Positions 49,544-58,855 are shown, counted from the first letter of the stretch. The stretch: DNA of 64,000 nt from Candidatus Poribacteria bacterium (GCA_965242965.1 OZ251518.1:3488001-3552000), one strand, 5' to 3'. Notes: generated by a model not told the origin, from the sequence alone. A program made the numbers and translations.

Positions 49544-50587
49544 CTAACCCGCAGCAGTCTCTCCTGCTTCCTGCAAGGCCGCCGCTGCGCGCACTGCCGG
49601 TTCCGCAGTCGCGTCGCGCTTGATGATGCGGTTTAAATGCAACACGGCACGGGCATCGCCACCCCTCGCTAACTCCAACGCTTCCTCGAAACCTCTGTTG
49701 CCGTAACTGAAGTCTCTCGGAATCACCGTGAGTTCGTGAGCCTTCCAATAATACTTCAGTTCATCGGAGTGCCAGTCGCGGTAGACATCTTCCCACTGGA
49801 GCGCGTTGAAGATGTTCAGGTGCGGCTCAAGCATGTGCTCCGCGATGGGCGCGTCGACTGCCTGATAACGGTTGTCTAGAGACACGCGAAGCCGGTCTTC
49901 CGTTAAATTCGGCAGTGCCTTGTGGATAGTCAGCGCAGGGAAAATCAGCGTATCCCCGATTTCGTAGTTTGTAGAGTGCCATTCGCCTTCCAAATCGTCG
50001 GTATTGACGCACAGCCCACCGGCCCCGAGCGAGAAGTGGTGTTCCAGCACCTTATTGGATTTGTGCGAACCCGGCAGCACCGCCAAGCCGCCTAACTCAA
50101 TGGGGCAATCCCCGACAGGTGCCCAGCAGGTATACGTCTCGAAATTGCCTTGGAAGTGGACGAAGTCCTGATGGATAGGGGTGGTATGCGCCGTATACTT
50201 CGGAAACCAGAGGCGCGCAATCTTCTGTGGGTGCGGCAGCACCGGCTTGCCGATAATCTTCTCCACCATCCCGATGACCTCGGGCCAATGCCCCGAGCGG
50301 TGGAACGCCTCTAGTTTATACACCTCGTGGTAAACCTCCGCGTATTCCGAGTCGCCTTCGGTGCATTGGGTGGAGATATCGGCGATGCCATCTATCGGTT
50401 CGGTGCCAGCGACGAGCCAGCCGCCGGCTTGGATGGTTGTAAGCATCTCCTCGCGGAGAGCCCAGAGTTTACCCGGGTCTTGCAACTTCTTGAAGAAGAG
50501 GTATCCTTCCTCGGCGATGCGGAGACGGAGTTCTTCCGGGTTATTCATCGCGTCGTTTGAGACGCGGAGTTCTTTTAATGCTGACAT
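49544..50587 (-). CDS. Phytanoyl-CoA dioxygenase (PhyH) family 2OG-Fe(II) oxygenase
   Basis: HQD facial motif, W.P.GD.P...GGL.VLPGSH, H...PN...R.S.D.RY. Confidence 0.9.
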   Translation of the reverse strand: MSALKELRVSNDAMNNPEELRLRIAEEGYLFFKKLQDPGKLWALREEMLTTIQAGGWLVAGTEPIDGIADISTQCTEGDSEYAEVYHEVYKLEAFHRSGHWPEVIGMVEKIIGKPVLPHPQKIARLWFPKYTAHTTPIHQDFVHFQGNFETYTCWAPVGDCPIELGGLAVLPGSHKSNKVLEHHFSLGAGGLCVNTDDLEGEWHSTNYEIGDTLIFPALTIHKALPNLTEDRLRVSLDNRYQAVDAPIAEHMLEPHLNIFNALQWEDVYRDWHSDELKYYWKAHELTVIPRDFSYGNRGFEEALELARGGDARAVLHLNRIIKRDATAEPAVRAAAALQEAGETAAG

Positions 50588-50699
50588 CTGACTTTCTCCT
50601 TGCTAATAGGTGTAAATTAAGGATACCACATGAGGAGGTCTGGAGTCAAGTTGTTTTGCGTTTTTAGTCAGAGCGGTTCCGTTTTCCGTTTGGATTGAG

Positions 50700-51012
50700 G
50701 ATTTGCGAGGGACAGGCTCTCGCCAGCATCCGCGCACTCCAACGCGCGCGGGGGCCTGTCCCCCGCGCTACGATAAAAAACGCCGCCCCTCACCGTAGGG
50801 CGAGGGCCTGTCCCTCGCCATCGTTCTTGCGCCAGGCCCTGTAGTTCGGGCTCGCCGGATCCTGACCTGTTTGTGATCAGGCGCGCACAAACTACAGCGG
50901 GGGAAACACACATCATGCCGATGGAGATCGCGGGGGACAGGCCCCCGCGCTACGGGACAATCGAGACCGGGAGGTCTCTCCTACCGAACACATCGAAATA
51001 TGAAACACCCTC
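50700..51012. repeat. REP cluster with MITE right end; ~200 bp shared nearly identically with 56460-56660
   Basis: Same REP order and spacers (…CAAACTACAGCGGGGGAAACACACATCATGCCGATGG…) in both places. Confidence 0.85.
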
Positions 51013-51014
51013 AT

Positions 51015-52925
51015 TTATTCTAGGTTATTGTGCCCTGCACCAATCCCCAACTCCTTTTTCGCAATAGGGATGTTAAACACAGCGCGATGCACTTGCAAAG
51101 TTATCTTTCGCCGCGGCCAGGTTAGATGTTCTTCGCGGAACGATTCAGGGAGGAATGCCTCGCTCACCATCACGGGATACTCGGATGCCAGCGTGTCTGG
51201 AAAGATACTATCCATATCGTGGTAACCGAATGCTTCGGCAATAACTGTTTTCGGAAACCAGATGCCCGGTTCGTATATTGCGAGTTGATACGTTTGGCTA
51301 GAGATATGAAGCACTTCTATAGGTTGCACACTTGGCTGGCTTAGAGGCCAGATGTTACCCTCAACGGGGAAAAGCGAAGTTATTCGATTGCACGTCATCA
51401 TGCGCGTCGCGTGATAGGCTTTCTGCGGATGCATCCAGATTTCGTGCGTCGTGGCTGTATCCGCGTTGTCTTTTTCCGCCTCGCGGTACAACTTGAGATA
51501 ATAGTAAGGGGTGCCCTCAAGTTCAACGGTTTCTACCTCCACCGGTTTGGAGGAGTGGATGAATCTTTCAAAGGTAGTGCCGTGAGGGGCCCAACTCCAC
51601 CAGCGAGGATTGAAACGCTTATCAAAAAATGACCCGGGGATATTTGGCGATGGGTACTGTTTCCATTCCGTCCCATCACGGATGAACAGCCTTTGCCCTT
51701 TTCTCAGGTATTGATGGTGTGTCTCCTGCCAAATGTCGGAACTGACTCCATCTTCTATCCAAGTTAGGGTAGGGCGGCCGTTAAGTTCCTCCTTTTTACG
51801 GGCTTTCACATCATAAAATTGATATTCACCATCAAACCGGTGGGTGATATACCAGTATCCTCTGTCTTCATACGAGGGGACATTCTCCACAGTGTCCACC
51901 TTCGGTGACTGAAGCAATTTTAAAAGAGAGTCCCAGAAATTCCGCCGTTGTGGGAGTTTTCTACTGAGTGTCAATGAGAATTCAAGTTCGCCGCTTTTCA
52001 ACTGCGCGGTGTGGGCGGCAACTGCCGTTTTGAGATGTTCTAGCTGTTGTGCAGATTCGGTGCGCTGAATGGGTGGAATGTAGGGTTCTCCCGACTCAAT
52101 GCCGTGGAGATGTGCTTGTGCGACGATGTCATTCTCGGGCCTTTCTTTGAGAATGTCTAACGCTTTGTCGTAGTCTCCAAGTCTTTGGTATGCAAAGGCT
52201 AAATAGGCATTTGCGAGACCAGGGTCCTTCAGTTTTGCCTTTTCGAGATGTTGAACGGCTTCTTCGGGTTGCACCCAATAAATTGATTCTCCGAGTCCAA
52301 CTAATGCTGTGAGAGAAGTGGGCTCCATTTCCAGCAGTTTGCGATAGCCTGCCTCCCGTTCTGGGTTGTGGGCATAACTCTGGTAAGGCTGGAGCCGGGT
52401 CCACAGGAGAATTGTGTCAAAGTCATTTGGGTTCTCTGCGAGTGCTTGGACTGTCAATTCACGAATATACGGAGTATAGCGTCCTTCGCGTCCGCGGTTT
52501 AACTCGTAGAGAAACTTCGCTGCGGTGAAGGCATCCATTCCTGCGGTGAGGTTTTCAACCCGCTCTTCCTCCTGCTGCAACCACGCTTTTGCCTGCTCTG
52601 TTTCGCTTGGTAACTGAGAGGCGGCCGGCAGTGATGGTGGGAGTTGAGAGGGTGCTAGTTGAGAAGGCGGCAGGGACACAGGGAGGCTGTTTACATGGAC
52701 TCCCTGCTTGTTGAATGCCCCTTGTGACGGCCCCTCAACCGGAATTCTCCCTGCGGGGTTAGTTTTCTGCAGACCTATCGCTTTGGCCATTGGCTCAGGT
52801 GGCAACGGCGTGGATGCGCTGCGCTGGCGGTGGATAAACAAAAGGACTGCACCAAGGAGGAGACAAAGCACAGCGAATGCCAACATGTGTCGATTCTTCA
52901 GTTGGTTAAGCATGGGTAACCTCAT
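51015..52925 (-). CDS. Membrane-anchored hypothetical protein with TPR-like segment
   Basis: N-terminal TM helix, Pro/Ser/Gln linker, helical repeats (AYLAFAYQRLGDYDKAL), unknown C-terminal domain. Confidence 0.7.
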   Translation of the reverse strand: MRLPMLNQLKNRHMLAFAVLCLLLGAVLLFIHRQRSASTPLPPEPMAKAIGLQKTNPAGRIPVEGPSQGAFNKQGVHVNSLPVSLPPSQLAPSQLPPSLPAASQLPSETEQAKAWLQQEEERVENLTAGMDAFTAAKFLYELNRGREGRYTPYIRELTVQALAENPNDFDTILLWTRLQPYQSYAHNPEREAGYRKLLEMEPTSLTALVGLGESIYWVQPEEAVQHLEKAKLKDPGLANAYLAFAYQRLGDYDKALDILKERPENDIVAQAHLHGIESGEPYIPPIQRTESAQQLEHLKTAVAAHTAQLKSGELEFSLTLSRKLPQRRNFWDSLLKLLQSPKVDTVENVPSYEDRGYWYITHRFDGEYQFYDVKARKKEELNGRPTLTWIEDGVSSDIWQETHHQYLRKGQRLFIRDGTEWKQYPSPNIPGSFFDKRFNPRWWSWAPHGTTFERFIHSSKPVEVETVELEGTPYYYLKLYREAEKDNADTATTHEIWMHPQKAYHATRMMTCNRITSLFPVEGNIWPLSQPSVQPIEVLHISSQTYQLAIYEPGIWFPKTVIAEAFGYHDMDSIFPDTLASEYPVMVSEAFLPESFREEHLTWPRRKITLQVHRAVFNIPIAKKELGIGAGHNNLE

Positions 52926-53440
52926 GGTAGATCTAAAAACTCGTAAGGAGCGATACCGCCTTCTGAAAAAGAAAGCACTTTTATATCCGATGGAATGTCT
53001 GCCTCCGTAAAACGGACTCCCTTTTCATCTTCAATAGCTCGAATCCGATCGCAAGCATCCGGGTCTCCTGCCATATTGCGGATATATTGTCTACGCGCTG
53101 TTTTTGCCCATTCGACGTAGACGGTATCTGAAATCGTTGGGTATACCAAGCCGTTTTCCATGATGGAACCCATGACATCTATTCCCTGATGAGCCAGTTT
53201 TATCTCAACGCGCGTCATTAATTCATGGTTTGCAGAAATGCAGGGCCAGATCTGATCGGCTGGCCACCCTGCTGGCAATTCAGGATAGGGCCCGAAACCG
53301 TAAGGGGAAACGGGGATGTCGGCTATCTTCTTTGGAATGCGTTCGCCATGCCAACGATAGAGCAGGCTGCCGGCGATGAGAAGGACGCAGCCGATGAGCC
53401 CGGCGCGAACGAGTTTGCTTGAGAGCATGTCCCGTAACAT
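52922..53440 (-). CDS. Membrane-anchored hypothetical protein (paralogue A)
   Basis: RBS AGGAG; TM helix; SPYGFGPYPELP motif shared with 55315..56109. Confidence 0.7.
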   Translation of the reverse strand: MLRDMLSSKLVRAGLIGCVLLIAGSLLYRWHGERIPKKIADIPVSPYGFGPYPELPAGWPADQIWPCISANHELMTRVEIKLAHQGIDVMGSIMENGLVYPTISDTVYVEWAKTARRQYIRNMAGDPDACDRIRAIEDEKGVRFTEADIPSDIKVLSFSEGGIAPYEFLDLP

Positions 53441-53679
53441 GTGCATTCTCCTGGGTAAGGATGCCCGATGTTGCAAAAAAATTCAACCAATACTTTCAGG
53501 TAATCAAGGGTGTTTCCTAACTCGTTGTTGTCAAAAGGGTTTCGCGACACCCTGAACAATTCCGTTTCCCCGGTAGGAGAGCCCTCCCGGTTTCGATTGC
53601 TCCCCGTAGGAGAGACCTCCTGGTCTCGATTTCTTCCGTGTGTTCAGAAGAGGGACGTTAGGTCTGACAGCGCAGTGGC

Positions 53680-54648
53680 TCACTTTGAGTTTCGTTGTTT
53701 GAGTGTTGCCCAGCGCGTCGTCAGTCGGTTTGTAGGTTCCACCGCATACGCGCTCTTCGTCCAGTCAAACATCGGAACACCCCCGTCACCTTTTATATTT
53801 AAAATTTCTTCATGAGGGCCTCCATCAAGAGGTGCCACGTAGTTATGATATAAATTATCCGGCCCGTAGACGGTATAAACGAGTGCCTGTCCATCAGGTG
53901 TCCATTTGAGGGCTATAAAGGCTGAATGTTCTCCAAGGGCTATCGTCTTCAAGCGGCGACGCGGCTCAAGCGAAATAATGTTAATCGCGGTCGCGTCGGC
54001 TAAAAACGTGTGAACAAAAGCGAGGCGGTTACCTTCCGGAGAGAAAGCAGGGTAGCGGCCGTGGGCACTAACTCCTGATGAACCCCCTCTGGTTAAGACA
54101 TTGTAGATATAAATACCGCCCCCCAAGACTTCATAGGCAATATGGACACCATCCGGTGCCCATGTTACATTGGATGCTTCTCTTGCAAATAGCAGCTCGG
54201 CTTTAGGGAAATCGTTTTTTAATTCGTCACGGGGAATCAAATAGATGCCATACGGCGGTTCTGGCTCTATGCCTGTCGGCGTGTTTGTGAAAACAACATC
54301 ACCCGCGTGTGAGATGTCGATGTTCCAAACGAAATCAAAGCGATTTTGCGTTAGGTTGTGTGCTTTTGCATGAACCTGATTTCTATCAATCAGGTAAGCG
54401 TCGGCAGCAAAAAACCCATTATCCGGGTCGGCAGCGATGAGGATATAAGGCCCATCTCTTTGGACAGCCAACTCATAAATATCTTGGGTATGTTTAAACA
54501 TCCGGCGTGCGTTGCGTGTATCCCCCACATCGGATATCCATAATTCGGATTTCTTTGGATGTCCAAAGATAACTTCCGCGGTAAGTTTGGCATCCGTTGT
54601 CAGTGGCAACAGCAAGGCCAGACAGAGACTTATCAGACCGTATTTCAT
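53680..54648 (-). CDS. Secreted TolB/PD40-like beta-propeller protein with C-terminal AVEP..LTT.WA.LK tail (paralogue B)
   Basis: Signal peptide; WAPDG..IAY, PAFSPEG..LAF, WTPDG repeats. Confidence 0.8.
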   Translation of the reverse strand: MKYGLISLCLALLLPLTTDAKLTAEVIFGHPKKSELWISDVGDTRNARRMFKHTQDIYELAVQRDGPYILIAADPDNGFFAADAYLIDRNQVHAKAHNLTQNRFDFVWNIDISHAGDVVFTNTPTGIEPEPPYGIYLIPRDELKNDFPKAELLFAREASNVTWAPDGVHIAYEVLGGGIYIYNVLTRGGSSGVSAHGRYPAFSPEGNRLAFVHTFLADATAINIISLEPRRRLKTIALGEHSAFIALKWTPDGQALVYTVYGPDNLYHNYVAPLDGGPHEEILNIKGDGGVPMFDWTKSAYAVEPTNRLTTRWATLKQRNSK

Positions 54649-54742
54649 GAGGACTCCTATTTTGCTGAGGGGAGAGTGGCGGAGTTTTCCATTTCCATGG
54701 GGAATTCGCCTAAGTCAATAATGTGTGGCTTTCCTTTTTCCC

Positions 54743-55075
54743 TCACTCATGCTGAAGCGTGTTTACGTTGTTCTCAGGTTGGGTATAGTCCACAAACGCT
54801 GTCGGATCTGTCCCGTTGAGGTATTCCTCAATGTCGGTGTATCCGTCGCTGTCTCTATCCTTTGAGGCATTGGACGCGTCACGAGGATTAAGCCCGTATC
54901 TGACTTCCCATTCGTCCGGCAGACAATCTCCATCGCTGTCAAGGGGCGCAGACAGACTCTTGAGTTCCGGCCATCCGCCGACATCTGCCTGTGAGTCAAT
55001 AATACCGCATTTTGTTGGTAAGATTAATAGCGCGGCGAACGTGATAATTGCGCGAAGAAAGTTTAGACTCTTCAT
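54743..55075 (-). pseudogene. Probable internal-deletion remnant: signal peptide joined directly to a pectate-lyase-type C-terminal Ca-binding tail
   Basis: GIIDSQADVGGWPEL...DSDGDCLPDEWE..YGLNP.D..D.D.DGYT.IEEYLN immediately after a signal peptide, with no catalytic domain. Confidence 0.55.
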
Positions 55076-55085
55076 GAGTTTACCT

Positions 55086-55296
55086 GAGGATGTTTCATAA
55101 CTTGTTTTCCCCGGTAGGCGAGACCTCCTGGTCTCGATTTCTTCTCGATAGGCGAGACCTCCTGGTCTCGATTTCTTCTCGGTAGGCGAGACCTCCTGGT
55201 CTCGATGTGGTGCGTATCGGGACAGGGATGTCCCTCCTACTGGGAAACATCAAGACACCCGCTCGTTTGCAAGAAGGCGATTTATGAAACACCCTC
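55086..55296. mobile_element. Complete MITE with 15-bp TIRs, tandem REP-C cargo and perfect 9-bp flanking direct repeat
   Basis: AGTTTACCT|GAGGATGTTTCATAA ... TTATGAAACACCCTC|AGTTTACCT. Confidence 0.88.
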
Positions 55297-55314
55297 AGTT
55301 TACCTCACCAAAGT

Positions 55315-56109
55315 TCAACGAGTTAAGCCTAAGAATTCATAGGCATCAATGTAACCGTCTGGCAATTCATGGACGGTTATCCCTGGTGGAATTTCACCTT
55401 CATCAAGATATGGCTCATAGATATGCGCTGTGTCGGGATGACCGCGGGTGACTCCCGCATATCTATGAGTTATCCCGTCATCATCTGTCCAGTAGTCCCA
55501 TTTAACATAAACAACATCAGGATAGAGCAGATAGACTTTACCGTCGGCATCACCTGTAACGCCTACGTTTTCAAGTGATATTCCTTGTTTCCAGAATTCA
55601 ACGATGAGTCGTTTTTGGAGCTCAAGAGCTTTACGCATATCTGAGTCTCCCATTGAAGCAAGACTTTTGAATATGTCCGGTTCAGGGAAGTCCTCTGGAA
55701 TCTCTGGATAAGGCCCGAATCTGAAGGGCGATATAGATAGGGCTACCGATTCTTCCTCGGCGGTTTCTTTGTCGGAAGCCGGCAATTCCGGGGCTGCTGC
55801 GGTATCCCCGCGCGCCGCCTTTGCATTCGGAAGACGCTCTGTGATGTCAAACACCGTTGCCGCACCATTGTCCGTTGCAACGGATTTCGCGGCTTGTTCT
55901 TCCGCGTCTCTGTCTGTTATCTGCCGCGGCTGTTGTGCATTCGTGGTCTGGCGATTTTCTAGTTGCTGTAGGAACCGTTGGGTTCTGACTTCGTCGTTTC
56001 GGATGTCGCGTTCGCCATGCCACCGATAGAGCAGGCTGCCGGCGATGAGAAGGACGCAGCCGATGAGCCCGGCGCGAACGAGTTTGCTTGAAAGTATGTC
56101 CTGTAACAT
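55315..56109 (-). CDS. Membrane-anchored hypothetical protein (paralogue A')
   Basis: N-terminus nearly identical to 52922..53440; SPFRFGPYPEIP motif; C-terminal AYEFL. Confidence 0.7.
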   Translation of the reverse strand: MLQDILSSKLVRAGLIGCVLLIAGSLLYRWHGERDIRNDEVRTQRFLQQLENRQTTNAQQPRQITDRDAEEQAAKSVATDNGAATVFDITERLPNAKAARGDTAAAPELPASDKETAEEESVALSISPFRFGPYPEIPEDFPEPDIFKSLASMGDSDMRKALELQKRLIVEFWKQGISLENVGVTGDADGKVYLLYPDVVYVKWDYWTDDDGITHRYAGVTRGHPDTAHIYEPYLDEGEIPPGITVHELPDGYIDAYEFLGLTR

Positions 56110-56202
56110 GTGCATTCTCCTGAGTAAGGATACACGATTTCGCAAAAGAAGTCCACCAATACTTTCAGGTAATCATCAAAGTTGCGTCGGATGTCTTTAA
56201 CT

Positions 56203-56690
56203 GAGGGGGTTTCATATTTCGATGCGTTTGGTAAGAGAGACCTCCTGGTCTCGATTTCTTCCCGGTAGGAGAGACCTCTGGTCTCGATGCAATCGGACAG
56301 CGCGCCTCCCGGGGCCGCGGCGGCAGAAATCCCCCCTTCATCGTAGGGCGGTGGGAAGACCTGTCCCTCGCCAGCATCCGCGCACTCCACCGCTCGCGGG
56401 GGAAACCCGCTCGGATGCGCGTATGGCATCCGAGGGCCCCCGCGCTACGAAAAAAAACGCCCCCTCACCGTAGGGCGAGGGCCTGTCCCTCGCCATCGTT
56501 CTCGCGCCAGGCCCTGTAGTTCGGGCTCGCCGAATCCTGACCCGTTTGTGATCAGGCGCGCACAAACTACAGCGGGGGAAACACACATCATGCCGATGGA
56601 GATCGCGGGGGACAGGCCCCCGCGCTACGGGACAATCGAGACCGGGAGGTCTCTCCTACGGTGACACTGCTTGCATCGAGACCGGGGGGT
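56203..56690. repeat. MITE left-end variant plus REP cluster
   Basis: GAGGGGGTTTCATATTTCGATG is the inverse of 50991-51012; REP-A/B/C/D follow. Confidence 0.8.
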
Positions 56691-56727
56691 GTCAGAAGAG
56701 GGACGTTAGGGCTGACAGAGAGGCTGC

Positions 56728-57714
56728 TCACTTTGAGTTTCGTTGTTTGAGTTGTGCCCAGCGCGTCGTCAGTCGGTTTGTAGGTTCCACCGCATACGCG
56801 CTCTTCGTCCAATCAAACATCGGAACACCCCCATCACCTTTTATATTTAAAATCTCTTCATGAGGGCCTCCATCAAGAGGTGCCACGTAGTTATGATATA
56901 AATTATCCGGCCCATAGACGGTATAAACGAGTGCTTGTCCATCAGGTGCCCATTTGAGGGCTATAAAGGCTGAGTGCTCTCCAAGGGCTATTGTCTTCAA
57001 ACGGCGTATCGGCTCAAGTGAAATAATGTTAATGGCGGTCGCGTCGGCTAAAAATTTGTGAACAAAAGCAAGACGGTTACCCTCTGGAGAGAAAACAGGG
57101 TAATATCCATGTTGGGCAACACCTCTTGAAGGCCCTCGGATAACGGTATTGTAGATAAAAATATCGCCCCCTACGACATCATAGGCAATATGGACACCAT
57201 CCGGTGCCCATCTGACATGGAGCGCGTCATGTCTAATTAGCAGCTTGGCTTTAGGAAAATCGTTTTTCAGTTCGTCACGGGGAATCAAATAGACACCATA
57301 CAGCGGTGCAGGCTCTATGCCTGTCGGCGTGTTTGTGAAAACAACATCACCTATGTGTGAGATGTCTACCTTAAAAATCTCATCAAAGCGCCGACGTGTG
57401 AGATTATGCGCTGCTGCATGACGATGGTTTCTATCAATCAGGTAAGCCTCAACATCAGGAAGGTGTCCCTCATGTTCGGCAACAAAAACGACATAATCCC
57501 CATGGTTTTGGACAGCCAGTTCGTAAATATCTCGGGTATGTTTAAACATCCGGCGTGCGTTGCGTGTGTCCCCCACATCGGATATCCATAATTCGTTGAA
57601 ATCCTTCTCTGGATGTCTAAAGATGACTTCCCCGGTAAGTTTGGCATACGTTGTCAGTGGGAGAAGCAAGACCAGACAGAGGGAGAGACAGAGACTTATC
57701 AGACCGTATTTCAT
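56728..57714 (-). CDS. Secreted TolB/PD40-like beta-propeller protein (paralogue B')
   Basis: Highly similar to 53680..54648; same RBS (AGGAG) and C-terminal tail. Confidence 0.8.
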   Translation of the reverse strand: MKYGLISLCLSLCLVLLLPLTTYAKLTGEVIFRHPEKDFNELWISDVGDTRNARRMFKHTRDIYELAVQNHGDYVVFVAEHEGHLPDVEAYLIDRNHRHAAAHNLTRRRFDEIFKVDISHIGDVVFTNTPTGIEPAPLYGVYLIPRDELKNDFPKAKLLIRHDALHVRWAPDGVHIAYDVVGGDIFIYNTVIRGPSRGVAQHGYYPVFSPEGNRLAFVHKFLADATAINIISLEPIRRLKTIALGEHSAFIALKWAPDGQALVYTVYGPDNLYHNYVAPLDGGPHEEILNIKGDGGVPMFDWTKSAYAVEPTNRLTTRWAQLKQRNSK

Positions 57715-57803
57715 GAGGACTCCTATGGTGCTGAGATGTATTGAGACATCGCATTGTCTTTTCGCCTCTTGCGCGAGGGCAGAGTTTTGAACTACCGCCT
57801 CAC

Positions 57804-57848
57804 AAAAGGTTTTCCGGCGGTGTATTAACTTTCCCACGGGGTTGCCCC
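57804..57848 (-). other. Partial duplicate of the 5S rRNA 3' end (att-like remnant)
   Basis: 17-bp and 20-bp exact blocks shared with 58914-58957, separated by 7-8 divergent bases. Confidence 0.8.
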
Positions 57849-57863
57849 TGGGGTTTCATCAAT

Positions 57864-57893
57864 AAGGATACCCGATTTCGCAAAAGAAGTCAA
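57864..57893 (-). promoter_or_regulatory. Putative sigma70 promoter; related copies at about 53457, 56126, 50619 and 57965
   Basis: Minus strand TTGACT-N17-TATCCT. Confidence 0.55.
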
Positions 57894-58011
57894 CCGAAAT
57901 GTTGAAGAAAAATCGCAGCACTTACGCGCCCCACCCCGATGATAGAATTTGCATCAGGCATCTTAAGCATACCACATGAGGTGTCTGAAGTCAAGGTTTT
58001 TCTCACAGAAT

Positions 58012-58045
58012 AAAAAAGGGTAGGCCATAAGCCTACCCTGAAAAA
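58012..58045 (-). terminator. Rho-independent terminator downstream of hicA
   Basis: AGGGTAGGC-N-GCCTACCCT stem followed by a T-run on the minus strand. Confidence 0.75.
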
Positions 58046-58087
58046 GGTTTGCCACATTCACTATTCATCATAGTGAACCTAGCGATG

Positions 58088-58321
58088 TCACGAATTGTTT
58101 TTAGTTTTCAATCTTGTCTTCCAATCCCACCCGGCTTGGCGGTAGATCTCGCGCAGGGTTCCTCTCGCGAGTTCTTTATTTCCTCGCGACGGTCGAGGGA
58201 CAACAACCCGCCCCCGCGCCGGATGTTTATAGTGGTGATGACTCCCTCGGGTACGAAGATATTCAAAACCGTCCTGCCGCAGCCTCGCGACCACTTGATT
58301 GAAAGTCAGAAGGAAAGCCAT
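58088..58321 (-). CDS. hicA: HicA family toxin (dsRBD-fold mRNA interferase)
   Basis: L...GF...R.RGSH..YKHP...VVVP...L..GTL..I.RQAG; RBS AAAGGAG. Confidence 0.88.
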   Translation of the reverse strand: MAFLLTFNQVVARLRQDGFEYLRTRGSHHHYKHPARGRVVVPRPSRGNKELARGTLREIYRQAGWDWKTRLKTKNNS

Positions 58322-58537
58322 AGAAACTCCTTTCTCCACATGGGAGAGTTCGTAGGTTAAAACGTTCGAGATTAGTTAATCACCTTTTTCCTTTTAGTCC
58401 ACCCATTGGCTTAAACGGAAGCCTGAGTGCACTTGTTTAAAGCCCGATGTGTCACAACGGGCTAAGCCTTAAGTAAGTGCCGGGGTCTCCGCATTCTGGC
58501 ACAGGACACTGCCTGCTGCGGGTTTGGTTAAAGCGGA

Positions 58538-58855
58538 TTAGCCGACAGCTGCATTAGAAAAACTCGGGGACTTTCCATAGACGACTTCATCAGTCAGTGC
58601 GGCGAGATCTACTGACACCGTTTCCCACACACCATCGGCGTAATCGGGATTATTTTTATGGAAAGCGATGTTTTTGGGAGTAGGGATGGGCTCACTGTCA
58701 AGCAATAAGCCTTCAAGATAACATTCAATGGCTTCGACAGCTTGCGTCTGCGCATCCTTGACCGTTTCCCCGGAAGTGAAGCACCCTGGTAAATCAGGCA
58801 CTGTCACTCCATAGTCACTGCCCGGGTCTTTGTGGAGAACAATGGAATAACGCAT
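58538..58855 (-). CDS. hicB: HicB family antitoxin, apparently lacking the C-terminal DNA-binding domain
   Basis: Y.IVLHKD..SDYGVTVPDLPGCFTSGET..DA.....EAI. Confidence 0.88.
   Translation of the reverse strand: MRYSIVLHKDPGSDYGVTVPDLPGCFTSGETVKDAQTQAVEAIECYLEGLLLDSEPIPTPKNIAFHKNNPDYADGVWETVSVDLAALTDEVVYGKSPSFSNAAVG

Noticed and set aside
52922-57714. Diversity-generating retroelement TR/VR pair
   Set aside because: No reverse transcriptase in the window; differences between paralogues are not adenine-specific and span whole genes.
50700-57900. Integron cassette array
   Set aside because: Genes are co-oriented and repeat-separated, but no intI and no convincing RYYYAAC...GTTRRRY attC boundaries were seen, and several genes have their own promoters.
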